From the IMG/VR virus record IMGVR_UViG_3300015200_000003, positions 1 to 56,965 of that record: a stretch of 56,965 nucleotides of DNA; one strand, written 5' to 3'. The DNA is from a virus. Lineage: Duplodnaviria > Caudoviricetes. A program made the position numbers and the translations under genes. Shown here in pieces: positions 15,368 through 24,342 of the stretch; the first letter of the stretch is position 1; every line of letters begins with the position of its first letter. Below the pieces are notes generated by a model. The model was not told the origin of the DNA, ran no database searches, and saw only the letters and a program-made list of their open reading frames with translations.

Positions 15368-18349
15368 GTGGCCCAAACCATCACGTCGGTCGAAGGACCG
15401 GCTGCAAATCCGCTCTCGCCCTACCGCCCCACGCGGATCCGCCCGGGTCGTGTGACCCAGCAGCAGATCAGCGAGTTGTGGGAGGGCAATAGTCCGGCCT
15501 GGGCGGCGAACTACTGGGAGCGGCTGGACGATGTCCTCCACCACCTGCTGGGCGGCACCCGCTTCATCCTGCCCGACGAGTTCCTCGACGGCGTCGAGGG
15601 CCGCGAACACATGGTCGTCATCTTCCCCCAGAAGATCACGACCCCGCTGAAGATCGTCAACCTGCTGGGCAACCGCCGCCCCAAGGCGATGCGGTACGCG
15701 GTCGGCCTGTCGATGTCGCACGAGGCGATGGCCACCGACGCTGAGACCTGGCTGAACGCCGTCCTGGAACACGACATCGACGGGCGTCCGCTGGTCAACT
15801 ACCGCGAGTTGGTCGGTCGCTGCTTGATCGAGGGCGCGGTGGTGATCAAGTGCCTCTCGTCGGACGCCCACTGGCGGCAGTCCCCGACCTGGCTGGACCT
15901 GATCGATGAAGAGGAGTACGAAGACCTCTCGCCCAGGAAGAAGCGCCGCTACCGCGATGAGCAGGACGTGCTGTTCTCGGACGGCGAGATCGATGAGATT
16001 GAGGGTGGCTGGACCACCGAGGCCAAGCGAGAGAACCGCTACGGCGCGAAGCGGTACGTCCGCGTCGATAAGGACGGCCTGCCGGTCCCACGCTCACGGT
16101 ACCACCGCGACGGCAAGGGCCGTGGCCGCGATCATCCCTCCTGGACCCGCCAGCGGAAGGACAAGGACGGCAACAAGGCCGAATTCTCCGAGGACCGTGA
16201 GGCGTCCCGGCGGGCCTACCAGAAGGACCAGCGCGAGTGGCTCGCGCGGAGGCTGCCCTTCGAGGTCGAGATCATCTCGGCCCGCCACTGCATCCCGCTG
16301 ATGGACGACAACGAGCGCTGCGAGGCCATCCTCGTCATGCGCGAGTACGACGAGATCGAGGCCATCGGTAAGGATCTGATCTGGGGTGACGACCAGGACA
16401 TGCTGATCCCCGCGACGGGCGATCAGGGCGGCTCCGTCGTCGTCTACGAGTTGTGGCACACTGACGAGCGCCGCCGTCCCTACGTCGCCTACTTCGTGGA
16501 TGGGTTCGCCTGGACGGCCTTCCGTGAGGCTGAGGGCAGTATCCCCGGCGAGCCAACCCAGAGCGACTACATGCCGGGCGCGGCCGAGTCGGACGACGAC
16601 ACGGCGACCTCCAACCGTCGCGCCGACGCCGTCATCGACCTGCGCCGCGAGTACGGCTGCACCACGCTGCCGATCCGCTGGTTCTGGGGGCTGCACCTCC
16701 CGATTGACGATGTCAGCAAGAAGGCGATCCCGTTCATGTGGCCGGTGCTGAGCAGCATCAACGCCGCCGAGGGGATCGCGACGGCGATGCACATCTACAC
16801 CTGGCGCAACGCGTTCGCCGGCAGCTTCATCCAGCTGGACCCGCAGATCCTGGAGAAGTACGGCTCGCTGTTCGCCAAGAACGGCGACCTGTTCCGCTTC
16901 TCGCTTGGACCCATGGAGAACGTGGTCGTCCCTGGCCGCCCGCAGATCGCGAGCGCGCCGGATCCGGGCGCGGGCGCGCAGCAGCTGCTCCAGTTGCTGC
17001 TGCAATCCGCCTCGGCCATGAGTCCCAGTGACGCCGCCTTTGGTGGGGCTGGGGCGTCCTCGGGCCACGACCGCGCGCTGTCTCGGGAGTACCTGGAGGT
17101 CGCGCTGTCCCAGGTGCTGGAGTCGGCCAGGTTGGCGGTCAAGTTTATCGCGGAGCGGATCCTGGAGTACGCGGTCTGGATCGCAGAGAAGACGGGCCGC
17201 TGCGTGCCGGTCTATGCCAACACCCCGAACCCGCAGGTGTCCGCCCGCACCGGCAAGACCAAGTCGGTCAGCGACATCATCGAGTTGAAACCGGCCTGGC
17301 TGCGCACCAACCAGGAGGTTCACACCTACTTCGAGAACGACACCACCGACGAGATGAAGCGGCAGCAGTTGGCCCAGCAGCACATGCAGGGGTTGGTGCC
17401 GTGGGACCAGTATCGGATGGAGGCGTGGAACGACCCCGCCCCCGAGATGACGCTGATCAAGATCTTTGGGGATCAGGCGCTGCGGACCCCCGAGGGGCGC
17501 GCCGAGGTGCTGGAGTTCGCCCGTGAGTTGCGGTCGGACGAGCAGGACCAGATGAAGGAAGAACTCATCAAGGAGGGCTTGCTCTCCAAGGATGGCCTGC
17601 CGACCAAGGCCCGCGTCCCGTTCACCCCGCAGCGGTTGCTGGGACCGCCAGAAGAGCCTGAAGAGAACGGTCAAGGTGGCGACATGGCCGCCCTGGCCGC
17701 CCTGCTTGCCGAGGGAGGTGGACCACCGCCGGGTGGTGCGCCGCCCGGCCTCCCCGGCGGTGGTCCTCCAGGCGGCCCACCCGGTCTGTCCCCGGGTGGG
17801 TTGCCGGGCGGCCCTCCCATGGGCGCTCCAGTCGGACGTGGCCCCGGAGCCAACTCGGCGGTGCTGCCGCCAGGGATCACCCCGCCGCCTGGCGTTCCGC
17901 CCGAACTGCTTGCGCGCCACATGCAGCTGGACGCCTCCCACGCGGCCTCGCGTGCGTTGGCTGCGCCGCAGGGTCCACTGGGGGCTATCGGCGGCCCGGC
18001 TAATCCGGGGGGTGGGATGCCGCCGCCAGGGATGGGACCAGGAGGTCCGGTCGGCGGCCCCCCGATCAGTCCGGAGATGCTGGCGGCGCTGGCGTCGGCG
18101 CAGGCGGCTGGACCTCAGGGCGCGCCCCGTCCGGCGGGCCTGCCACCGGGAGCCGAGGGGGCGATGGACCAGGAGCGCTTCCCGCAGCAGGGCGCAGCCT
18201 CGCCCGTCCTGGCGGGCATGTCCGGCGGCAAGCTGGGCAAGGCGTCGATGGTGGACTCCCAGCTGGGCGGCGTGATCGCGGGACAGCTGCGCGCCGCCGC
18301 CAAGAAATATCACGAGAAGCGACAAGGCCCGCAGGTGCCACGGAGGTAG
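15368..18349 (+). CDS. Portal protein with a long Pro/Gly-rich C-terminal tail
   Basis: First large gene after terL; portal-like layout (KIVNLL...P; YELW; ASSG...L; ...RILE); assigned mainly by position and secondary-structure pattern. Confidence 0.7.
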   Translation: MAQTITSVEGPAANPLSPYRPTRIRPGRVTQQQISELWEGNSPAWAANYWERLDDVLHHLLGGTRFILPDEFLDGVEGREHMVVIFPQKITTPLKIVNLLGNRRPKAMRYAVGLSMSHEAMATDAETWLNAVLEHDIDGRPLVNYRELVGRCLIEGAVVIKCLSSDAHWRQSPTWLDLIDEEEYEDLSPRKKRRYRDEQDVLFSDGEIDEIEGGWTTEAKRENRYGAKRYVRVDKDGLPVPRSRYHRDGKGRGRDHPSWTRQRKDKDGNKAEFSEDREASRRAYQKDQREWLARRLPFEVEIISARHCIPLMDDNERCEAILVMREYDEIEAIGKDLIWGDDQDMLIPATGDQGGSVVVYELWHTDERRRPYVAYFVDGFAWTAFREAEGSIPGEPTQSDYMPGAAESDDDTATSNRRADAVIDLRREYGCTTLPIRWFWGLHLPIDDVSKKAIPFMWPVLSSINAAEGIATAMHIYTWRNAFAGSFIQLDPQILEKYGSLFAKNGDLFRFSLGPMENVVVPGRPQIASAPDPGAGAQQLLQLLLQSASAMSPSDAAFGGAGASSGHDRALSREYLEVALSQVLESARLAVKFIAERILEYAVWIAEKTGRCVPVYANTPNPQVSARTGKTKSVSDIIELKPAWLRTNQEVHTYFENDTTDEMKRQQLAQQHMQGLVPWDQYRMEAWNDPAPEMTLIKIFGDQALRTPEGRAEVLEFARELRSDEQDQMKEELIKEGLLSKDGLPTKARVPFTPQRLLGPPEEPEENGQGGDMAALAALLAEGGGPPPGGAPPGLPGGGPPGGPPGLSPGGLPGGPPMGAPVGRGPGANSAVLPPGITPPPGVPPELLARHMQLDASHAASRALAAPQGPLGAIGGPANPGGGMPPPGMGPGGPVGGPPISPEMLAALASAQAAGPQGAPRPAGLPPGAEGAMDQERFPQQGAASPVLAGMSGGKLGKASMVDSQLGGVIAGQLRAAAKKYHEKRQGPQVPRR

Positions 18350-18352
18350 GCG

Positions 18353-18853
18353 ATGTTCGCGCCGTTCGTCTCGCCATCGATCCTGGTGCGCCGCGACATT
18401 CTGGCTTTTGCGGCGACCGAGGCCGTGCGCTACGGCATCACGGTCAAGGACGTGATCGACTCGTTCTTCGCGGGAACCCCTCGCCCGGGGTTGGTGCTGA
18501 TGCTGGATCGGGCCTACGCCACCGCCGGCCTCCCGCCCGCCGAGGTCATGCAGCTGGTCTCCGGCTTCTTCAACGTAGACGAGGTCGAGACCGCCGACCT
18601 GCTGGTGGTGCTGGAAGCGCACCGCGACCACCTGCCGAACGGGGCGCAGGCGAAAGAACTGGTGGAGGCGGTCCAGCGCCTGGCAAAGCGCGCGCGGGCG
18701 CAAGAGAAGTTCATCAAGGCCGCCCAGAACGCCCACGATGCGCGGGTGGTCGAGATGGAGCCACCACCGGATGACTTGCCCGCGCCACCGATCCGCCGCA
18801 CGGTCAAGGCGCGATCCGTCCAGCGGTATAGCGGCCTGCAGGCGCGCCGATGA
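18353..18853 (+). CDS. Hypothetical protein
   Basis: GGAGG RBS; coupled to the next gene. Confidence 0.65.
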   Translation: MFAPFVSPSILVRRDILAFAATEAVRYGITVKDVIDSFFAGTPRPGLVLMLDRAYATAGLPPAEVMQLVSGFFNVDEVETADLLVVLEAHRDHLPNGAQAKELVEAVQRLAKRARAQEKFIKAAQNAHDARVVEMEPPPDDLPAPPIRRTVKARSVQRYSGLQARR

Positions 18854-19830
18854 GCAGCAACCCGTACGCGCCCGGTGGTCCACCGACGGGACTCCCACCA
18901 GAACTGGTCCAGTCCCTGGTCAGCCGCCTGATCACGCCCGCGCAGCAGTACCCGATGCCGGGGACGCAGCCGGGTGGGCCGGTGGGTGCGCCGCCAGCAG
19001 GGCCACCCCCTGGCCCACCACCGGCCGCCCCACCGGCGGGCGGGGGTGCCGCGCCCCCGCAGGGTGAGGGTGGGGAGAAGCCGCAGGGGCCACCGAAGGA
19101 CGAGAAGGACGGGCTGGACGACGAGCAGGCGGAAGCGCTCAAGGAGTTGATGTCCGACCCCAAGACCCGTGAGCAGATCCAGAAGATCGCACGGATGGTC
19201 TCGAAGGAGAAGCGCGGGCAGTCCGAGATCGAACTGGACCCGGTTCGTCGGCTGCAGCTGGCGCAGGGCTGGAACGCACGGGTGGGCGAACTCGCGGCCC
19301 AGATGAACGCGGCCCGCTCCCAGAACCCTGGAGCCTCGAAGGCGACCGACGAGGCGTTACTGCGGATCTACTACATGACCCCGATTGCCGAGTGGTCCCC
19401 GAAGGACACGCCGTTCCCGATCCCGCTCGAAGACATTGACGAGTACGCCGACGAGGTGCGCCTGCACCTGGTGAAGAGCGGCTGGACCGACATGGACAAG
19501 ATCGAGGATCAGACCACGCGCGAGTGCTTCCCGCTGCGCGAGCCGCTGATCTCGGCCGGGCGGACCTGGGACCAGCGGGTGGACTTCGTTGACCAGATGC
19601 TGCTGCTGACCGAGCGCTGGCTGAAAGAGTACGGACGGCTGCCGATCCCTGATCTACAGGTGCTGAAGGCGACCAGCGCGGGTAAGGGTGACCCCGAGTC
19701 ACAGGCGCGGGACACCGACAGCAGCGCCTACCCGCCAGGGGGCTATCGCAATCCGCCGAAGCCCAGGTCGAAGCCGAGCGGGGCGGCCAGGATGCGCGGG
19801 CAGATCCCGTCTGACGCGTTCCCCGAGTAA
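18850..19830 (+). CDS. Hypothetical protein with a Pro-rich N-terminus
   Basis: ATGA overlap; 326 aa; GC3 bias. Confidence 0.7.
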   Translation: MSSNPYAPGGPPTGLPPELVQSLVSRLITPAQQYPMPGTQPGGPVGAPPAGPPPGPPPAAPPAGGGAAPPQGEGGEKPQGPPKDEKDGLDDEQAEALKELMSDPKTREQIQKIARMVSKEKRGQSEIELDPVRRLQLAQGWNARVGELAAQMNAARSQNPGASKATDEALLRIYYMTPIAEWSPKDTPFPIPLEDIDEYADEVRLHLVKSGWTDMDKIEDQTTRECFPLREPLISAGRTWDQRVDFVDQMLLLTERWLKEYGRLPIPDLQVLKATSAGKGDPESQARDTDSSAYPPGGYRNPPKPRSKPSGAARMRGQIPSDAFPE

Positions 19831-19832
19831 CG

Positions 19833-19881
19833 CACACATCCCCACGTACGACGATGCCCATCACGTACGTGGGGATGTGTG
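19833..19881. terminator. Perfect 18-bp inverted repeat (hairpin: terminator or processing site)
   Basis: CACACATCCCCACGTACG (19833-19850) / CGTACGTGGGGATGTGTG (19864-19881), 2 nt after the stop; no U-tract. Confidence 0.6.
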
Positions 19882-20015
19882 AGGAAGATCCCGTTGCCCA
19901 ACGAGACCGACACCCGAAGCGAAACCCCTGAGGTCTCCCAGGCACTCTACACGCTGCGTTTCCAGCCGTCAAGCCAATAGTGACACTGTCTCGACAGCAC
20001 GTCGCATGGGTATGC

Positions 20016-20027
20016 CGGTAGCCTGTC
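20016..20027 (+). promoter_or_regulatory. Candidate promoter CGGTAGCCTGTC
   Basis: Third intergenic copy of CGGTAGYCTGWC (others at 5653-5664 and 10084-10095). Confidence 0.5.
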
Positions 20028-20090
20028 GCGGGCCAGACGGCTCATGCTCCGAAGCACAGGGTGTCAGCATCGGGTCTCCGAGGGATCAGC

Positions 20091-23000
20091 ATGACCGCTC
20101 AGTTTCCAGACATCAATATCACCGAGATCATCAACATGCTCAAGGGGACGATGGGGACGAACACCCCCACCGGCCTGTCTGATGAACTCGCCGCCGAGAT
20201 CATTCGCGCCCAGGGACAGCAGGGATCGCAGGCGGTCCAGTCGGCCGTCCAGATGGCGCTCCAGCAGCAACAGAATAAGTTGCGCTTCAACGAGTTGATG
20301 GGGAGCGCGGCCGGCCCGAACGGCACGACCGCGATGACCGACGCGGCCCGTCGCTGGCGCGATGAACTGACGGCCCAGCAGGGCGTTCAGAACCAGCGCC
20401 TGGCCCAGGAAATGGCTGGGCTGACGGGCTACGTCGATCCGACCTACCAGGGCGGATCTGGCAACGTTGGTGGCTACGGCTACAACGACGCCAACAGCTT
20501 CAAGGCGGCGCTGGAGTCGGCCCGTCAAGCCGGCACCTACACAGGTGGTCAGACGCTGGCCGAGCGCCAGCGGCAAGACACGAACACCCAGGCGGCGGCG
20601 GAGCGCGCGCTCCGTACCAGCCTGCAGCAAGGACAACAGTCCTGGCAGTCCGGCGAGTCGGCGGCGGAACGCGCCTCCAGGCTGGCGCTCCAGCAGGGCC
20701 AGCAAACCTGGCAGAGTCAGGAGTCGGCCTACGAGCGCGACCTCCGTGAGAAGTTGCAGGCGGGGCAACTCACCCAGCAGGAATCCGAGTTCGCTCGCAA
20801 CTACCTGAACCAGCGGGCTGCGCTGGGTGGGTACATGCTCGATGCGAACGGGAACTCCACGGGCCAGCTAACCGAGGCCGGTCGCGCCGCTCGATCCGCT
20901 GAAGCCGCCCGCATGGCGGAACTGTCGGGGCAGCTTGAGGGTGGCGGCCTGACCGAGGAGTCCCGAGCGGCCCGTGAGGGTGAGCGGAATCAGCGCGCCT
21001 CCCTGGCGGCGCAACTGCTCTCAGCCCCCAAGGATGTGTTCAAGGCGGGGGCGTTCTTCCGCAGTCTCGGAGGATCGGCCGGCAACATGATGGGGATGGG
21101 TGGGGGCGGCATCGCCGGCTTCAACTCCATGGCCAACCGCATGGCCACCCCCGGCACGGTCAGCCTGGAGGATGTCGAGCGGCAAGCCGGCGGCGCGATG
21201 GGCCAGCAGGGCCAGAACATGACGTACATGGGCGGGTCCACTACGCCCGGGGCCGCTCAGACGGGATCAGCAGCGGCAGCGCCGGTCACCCAGGACCAGC
21301 AGGCCGCAGCGTCCGGGCAGGCCAATCCGCAGGCCGACGCAATGGCGAAGCTGCTCGGGACCGGGTCAGCTGCCGCTCCGGCGCAACCAGACCCGGCCAT
21401 GGCGCAGTTGCAGGGGGTGCTTCCCGCCGCCGACGAGCAGAGCGCCTCGCCCGCTGCGACACCGCCCGCCGACGACGAGCAGCCCATCCCCGGCTCGCAG
21501 CCCGGCGGACCCGTTGGTGAGGGTGGGCAGGAACGTGGGCGTGGTCGCCGCCGCCGCCGCCGCGAGGGTCAACTCACCGAGGATCCGGCCGAACTCCTGC
21601 GGGCCGCCATGAGCGGGCAGCAGGACCAGAGGACGACCCAGACCACCGAGCCGTCCCAACAGCTACGGCAGGCGCTCGGTCTCGAACAGGAACAGCGCGC
21701 GCGTGGCAAGAAGCGCAGTGCGGACCAGCAGCAGTCGCAGGCAGCCGCGCCCACCGACGAGATGGCTCGTCTCCAGGAAGTCCTGGGGACCGCGCAGGGC
21801 GGAGGGACGGCCGACGCCGCCGCGCGCCAGCAGGCCGAGTTGGCCCAGATGGTCGCCCAGCAGCAGCAGCTTCAGGGTGGGGCGCTCCCCGGTGGGACGC
21901 CAGCAGGCGGTATGGCCGACCCGCTGGCGGCAGCCATGGCCCAGATTCAGGGGGGTATGCCGCAACCTGGAGCGGCCAGTGCGCAGGGTATGCAAGAGAT
22001 GGCGGCCCGCCAGGCACTCCAGGCATCCCAGGCCGCAACGCCAGGGGCGTCAGGGGACATGTCGTCGTGGCTGCAGCAGCTTCAGGGGGGCATGGGCGGC
22101 GCAGGGATGGCGGACGAGGCTGCGCAACGGGAAGCGCTGACCCGTCAAGCGCAGACCATGCAGGCGCAGTTGTCTGGGCTGGCCGCCCCGCAGATGCAGC
22201 TAGACCCGGCCATGACCCAGCTGCGGGGGGTGCTTCCTGCTGGCAACGATCAGATCAGTGCCGCCGTGATGAATGCCGATCCGAACGCTGCCGCCAATCG
22301 CTGGAATGCCGAACTGATGGCCCAGCGGGGGGTGCAGGAGCAGCGCATGGGTGGCGACCTCCAGCAGCTGCTCCAGAAATTCCAGGGACCGGCCACTGCT
22401 ACCACTGAGATGGAACGGTCCCTGACACCCTCGAACGCCCCACAACTCAGTACCGATTGGCTGTCCTCCCTCATGGGGCAGACGGGTGCGGCCCAGACCG
22501 AAGCGGGGCGGCTCCAGACACCCCAGATCCCTCAGCAACCCGGTACCGATTGGCTGTCCTCCCTCGCGGGGCAGACGGGTGGGGCGTCGGCCCAGTCGGC
22601 TCAAGAAGAGATGATGAGGAAGGCGCTGGGCCAAGCTGCCGCACCTCAACCCAGTACCGATTGGGCGTCCACCCTCGGGGGGCAGACGGGTACAGGGATG
22701 GCCGAGGACGAGAAGATGCGGTCAGCCCTGTCCTCGACTACGCCCCAGAACGCCGAGTGGGGGTCCGCCACAACGGGGCAGACGGGTACAGGGATGGGCG
22801 AGGACGAGAAGATGCGGTCGGCGCTGTCCTCGGCCACCAGCGATTGGGGGTCCGCCGCAACGGGGACGCCGTCGTCGGGAATGGCCGAGGACGAGAAACT
22901 CCGGTCGGCTACGTCCATGGACGCCGCTAGCCCTGGCATGTCGCCCGGCGGTCCGGTCGGTGACATCGTCGCAGCCGGCCTGGGTGACCTGGGGCTGGGT

Positions 23001-23693
23001 GGCGGCGGGAATTTTACGGGCCGCGTACAGCCCTCTTCGGTTACCGATCCGATCCCGTACGTCGATCCACGGGTGCTAGAAGAGCCGGAGTTGCAGGCCA
23101 TGTTCCGCGACATGCGGCAACAGGGTGTGCGCGAAGCCGCAGCGAATCGGGCGGCGGCGAGCGGCGTACGGCCATCCGGCCCAGGCGGCCCGACCGGACG
23201 CACGGGGAAACCGGCCGGACCCGGCCCGCACCGTTTCGGCCAGAAGACAGCGGAGGGGCGACGGAACTCTAGCGAGCGGATGCTGCTGGGACTCAACCGC
23301 ATTCTCCAGAAGGCCAGCATTCCAGGAACGCAGCCCGGCGGACCGGTCGACGCCCCGCTCTGGCCGGCTGACGGCGGCAATGCGGCGATGCCCTCCCTGC
23401 AAGATCCAGGTTCGCTGGGGAGCGGCGGTGGTAGCTTCCAGGCACCGTCACCCAGTGCATCCCCGATTGCCTCCGTGGACCAGGGGAACCAACAGGCGGC
23501 GCTGGACGAGATGAAGTACCGCCTGATGCAGGGTCCAGGCTCGATGGGGCCACAGACCCTGGAGCGGATGTCCGGCACCCAGCGCGGGGTCATGGAGGGC
23601 GCGCTCGAAGCGTTGGGGCTGCGACCAGAAGACTTTATGGAGGCTTACAGCCAGACAAGATTCGCGAACACTGGAAACGTTCTCTCAGCCTAG
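20091..23693 (+). CDS. Q/A/G-rich putative internal virion (ejection) protein with internal repeats
   Basis: GAGGG RBS; about 1200 aa of low-complexity helical sequence; repeats DW.S.L.GQTG and GMAEDEKMRSALSS. Confidence 0.65.
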   Translation: MTAQFPDINITEIINMLKGTMGTNTPTGLSDELAAEIIRAQGQQGSQAVQSAVQMALQQQQNKLRFNELMGSAAGPNGTTAMTDAARRWRDELTAQQGVQNQRLAQEMAGLTGYVDPTYQGGSGNVGGYGYNDANSFKAALESARQAGTYTGGQTLAERQRQDTNTQAAAERALRTSLQQGQQSWQSGESAAERASRLALQQGQQTWQSQESAYERDLREKLQAGQLTQQESEFARNYLNQRAALGGYMLDANGNSTGQLTEAGRAARSAEAARMAELSGQLEGGGLTEESRAAREGERNQRASLAAQLLSAPKDVFKAGAFFRSLGGSAGNMMGMGGGGIAGFNSMANRMATPGTVSLEDVERQAGGAMGQQGQNMTYMGGSTTPGAAQTGSAAAAPVTQDQQAAASGQANPQADAMAKLLGTGSAAAPAQPDPAMAQLQGVLPAADEQSASPAATPPADDEQPIPGSQPGGPVGEGGQERGRGRRRRRREGQLTEDPAELLRAAMSGQQDQRTTQTTEPSQQLRQALGLEQEQRARGKKRSADQQQSQAAAPTDEMARLQEVLGTAQGGGTADAAARQQAELAQMVAQQQQLQGGALPGGTPAGGMADPLAAAMAQIQGGMPQPGAASAQGMQEMAARQALQASQAATPGASGDMSSWLQQLQGGMGGAGMADEAAQREALTRQAQTMQAQLSGLAAPQMQLDPAMTQLRGVLPAGNDQISAAVMNADPNAAANRWNAELMAQRGVQEQRMGGDLQQLLQKFQGPATATTEMERSLTPSNAPQLSTDWLSSLMGQTGAAQTEAGRLQTPQIPQQPGTDWLSSLAGQTGGASAQSAQEEMMRKALGQAAAPQPSTDWASTLGGQTGTGMAEDEKMRSALSSTTPQNAEWGSATTGQTGTGMGEDEKMRSALSSATSDWGSAATGTPSSGMAEDEKLRSATSMDAASPGMSPGGPVGDIVAAGLGDLGLGGGGNFTGRVQPSSVTDPIPYVDPRVLEEPELQAMFRDMRQQGVREAAANRAAASGVRPSGPGGPTGRTGKPAGPGPHRFGQKTAEGRRNSSERMLLGLNRILQKASIPGTQPGGPVDAPLWPADGGNAAMPSLQDPGSLGSGGGSFQAPSPSASPIASVDQGNQQAALDEMKYRLMQGPGSMGPQTLERMSGTQRGVMEGALEALGLRPEDFMEAYSQTRFANTGNVLSA

Positions 23694-24265
23694 CGAATTT
23701 TGGGGATGCGATGTTCAGGCAGAAAGTAGGGATTCTCTCCTTGAGGGATGCAGTAGGGGTTCCGCCCCTTCTTGATCATGTCCTGGGTGTTGTCCCTCTT
23801 GGTGCCGGCCCACAGGTGGCGAGGGTTCGAGCAGGGCGGGTTGTCGCAGGCGTGGAGAACGCAGGGCTTTTCCGGGGTCAGTACGCCGCCGTGCAACGTG
23901 AACGAGTAGACGTGTGCGCTGACATGCGTGGCGTCACCCCTTGGCCCGTAGGCGAAGTGGCCATATCCGAAACTCACCTTGCCGCCCAGCCAGTCCCAGC
24001 AGGCGTCAGGTGTGGTGCCACACAGGATGAAGCTGTAGAAGCGGGCGTTGATTGCGAGGCGGTCGTAGGCCCGCTTGCGATCATGGATCAGACGGCAGGC
24101 TCGCCCACAGAACGGGACGAATCCGCCACTGATTCGAGCGCGGGCTGGTGTGACCTCGAACGTAGTTGCGCAGACCTGGCAGACGAAGGAGAGTTTCGGG
24201 CCAGGCGGTCTGCCCCCTCGCGAGTACAGACAGCGATCAGGACAGGTACAGTTATGGCGCGGCAC
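23690..24265 (-). CDS. Free-standing HNH (homing) endonuclease with N-terminal Zn fingers
   Basis: CWDWLG...GYG.F...SAHVYS...VLHACDNPPCSNPRHL..GT..DN..DM..KGR; GGAGG RBS on the minus strand; the only convincing minus-strand gene. Confidence 0.92.
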   Translation of the reverse strand: MPRHNCTCPDRCLYSRGGRPPGPKLSFVCQVCATTFEVTPARARISGGFVPFCGRACRLIHDRKRAYDRLAINARFYSFILCGTTPDACWDWLGGKVSFGYGHFAYGPRGDATHVSAHVYSFTLHGGVLTPEKPCVLHACDNPPCSNPRHLWAGTKRDNTQDMIKKGRNPYCIPQGENPYFLPEHRIPKIR

Positions 24266-24294
24266 GATGTCCTCCAGGTTAGTCGTGGCGTCAC

Positions 24295-24338
24295 CCCCGG
24301 GCTGTCACAAGCAGCGCCGGGGATTCCTGCGCAGTATA
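24295..24338 (-). promoter_or_regulatory. HNH gene candidate -10 (TATACT) and leader hairpin
   Basis: AGTATA at 24333-24338 reads TATACT on minus; stem CCCCGG-GCTG / CAGC-G-CCGGGG at 24295-24322. Confidence 0.5.
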
Positions 24339-24342
24339 TCTG

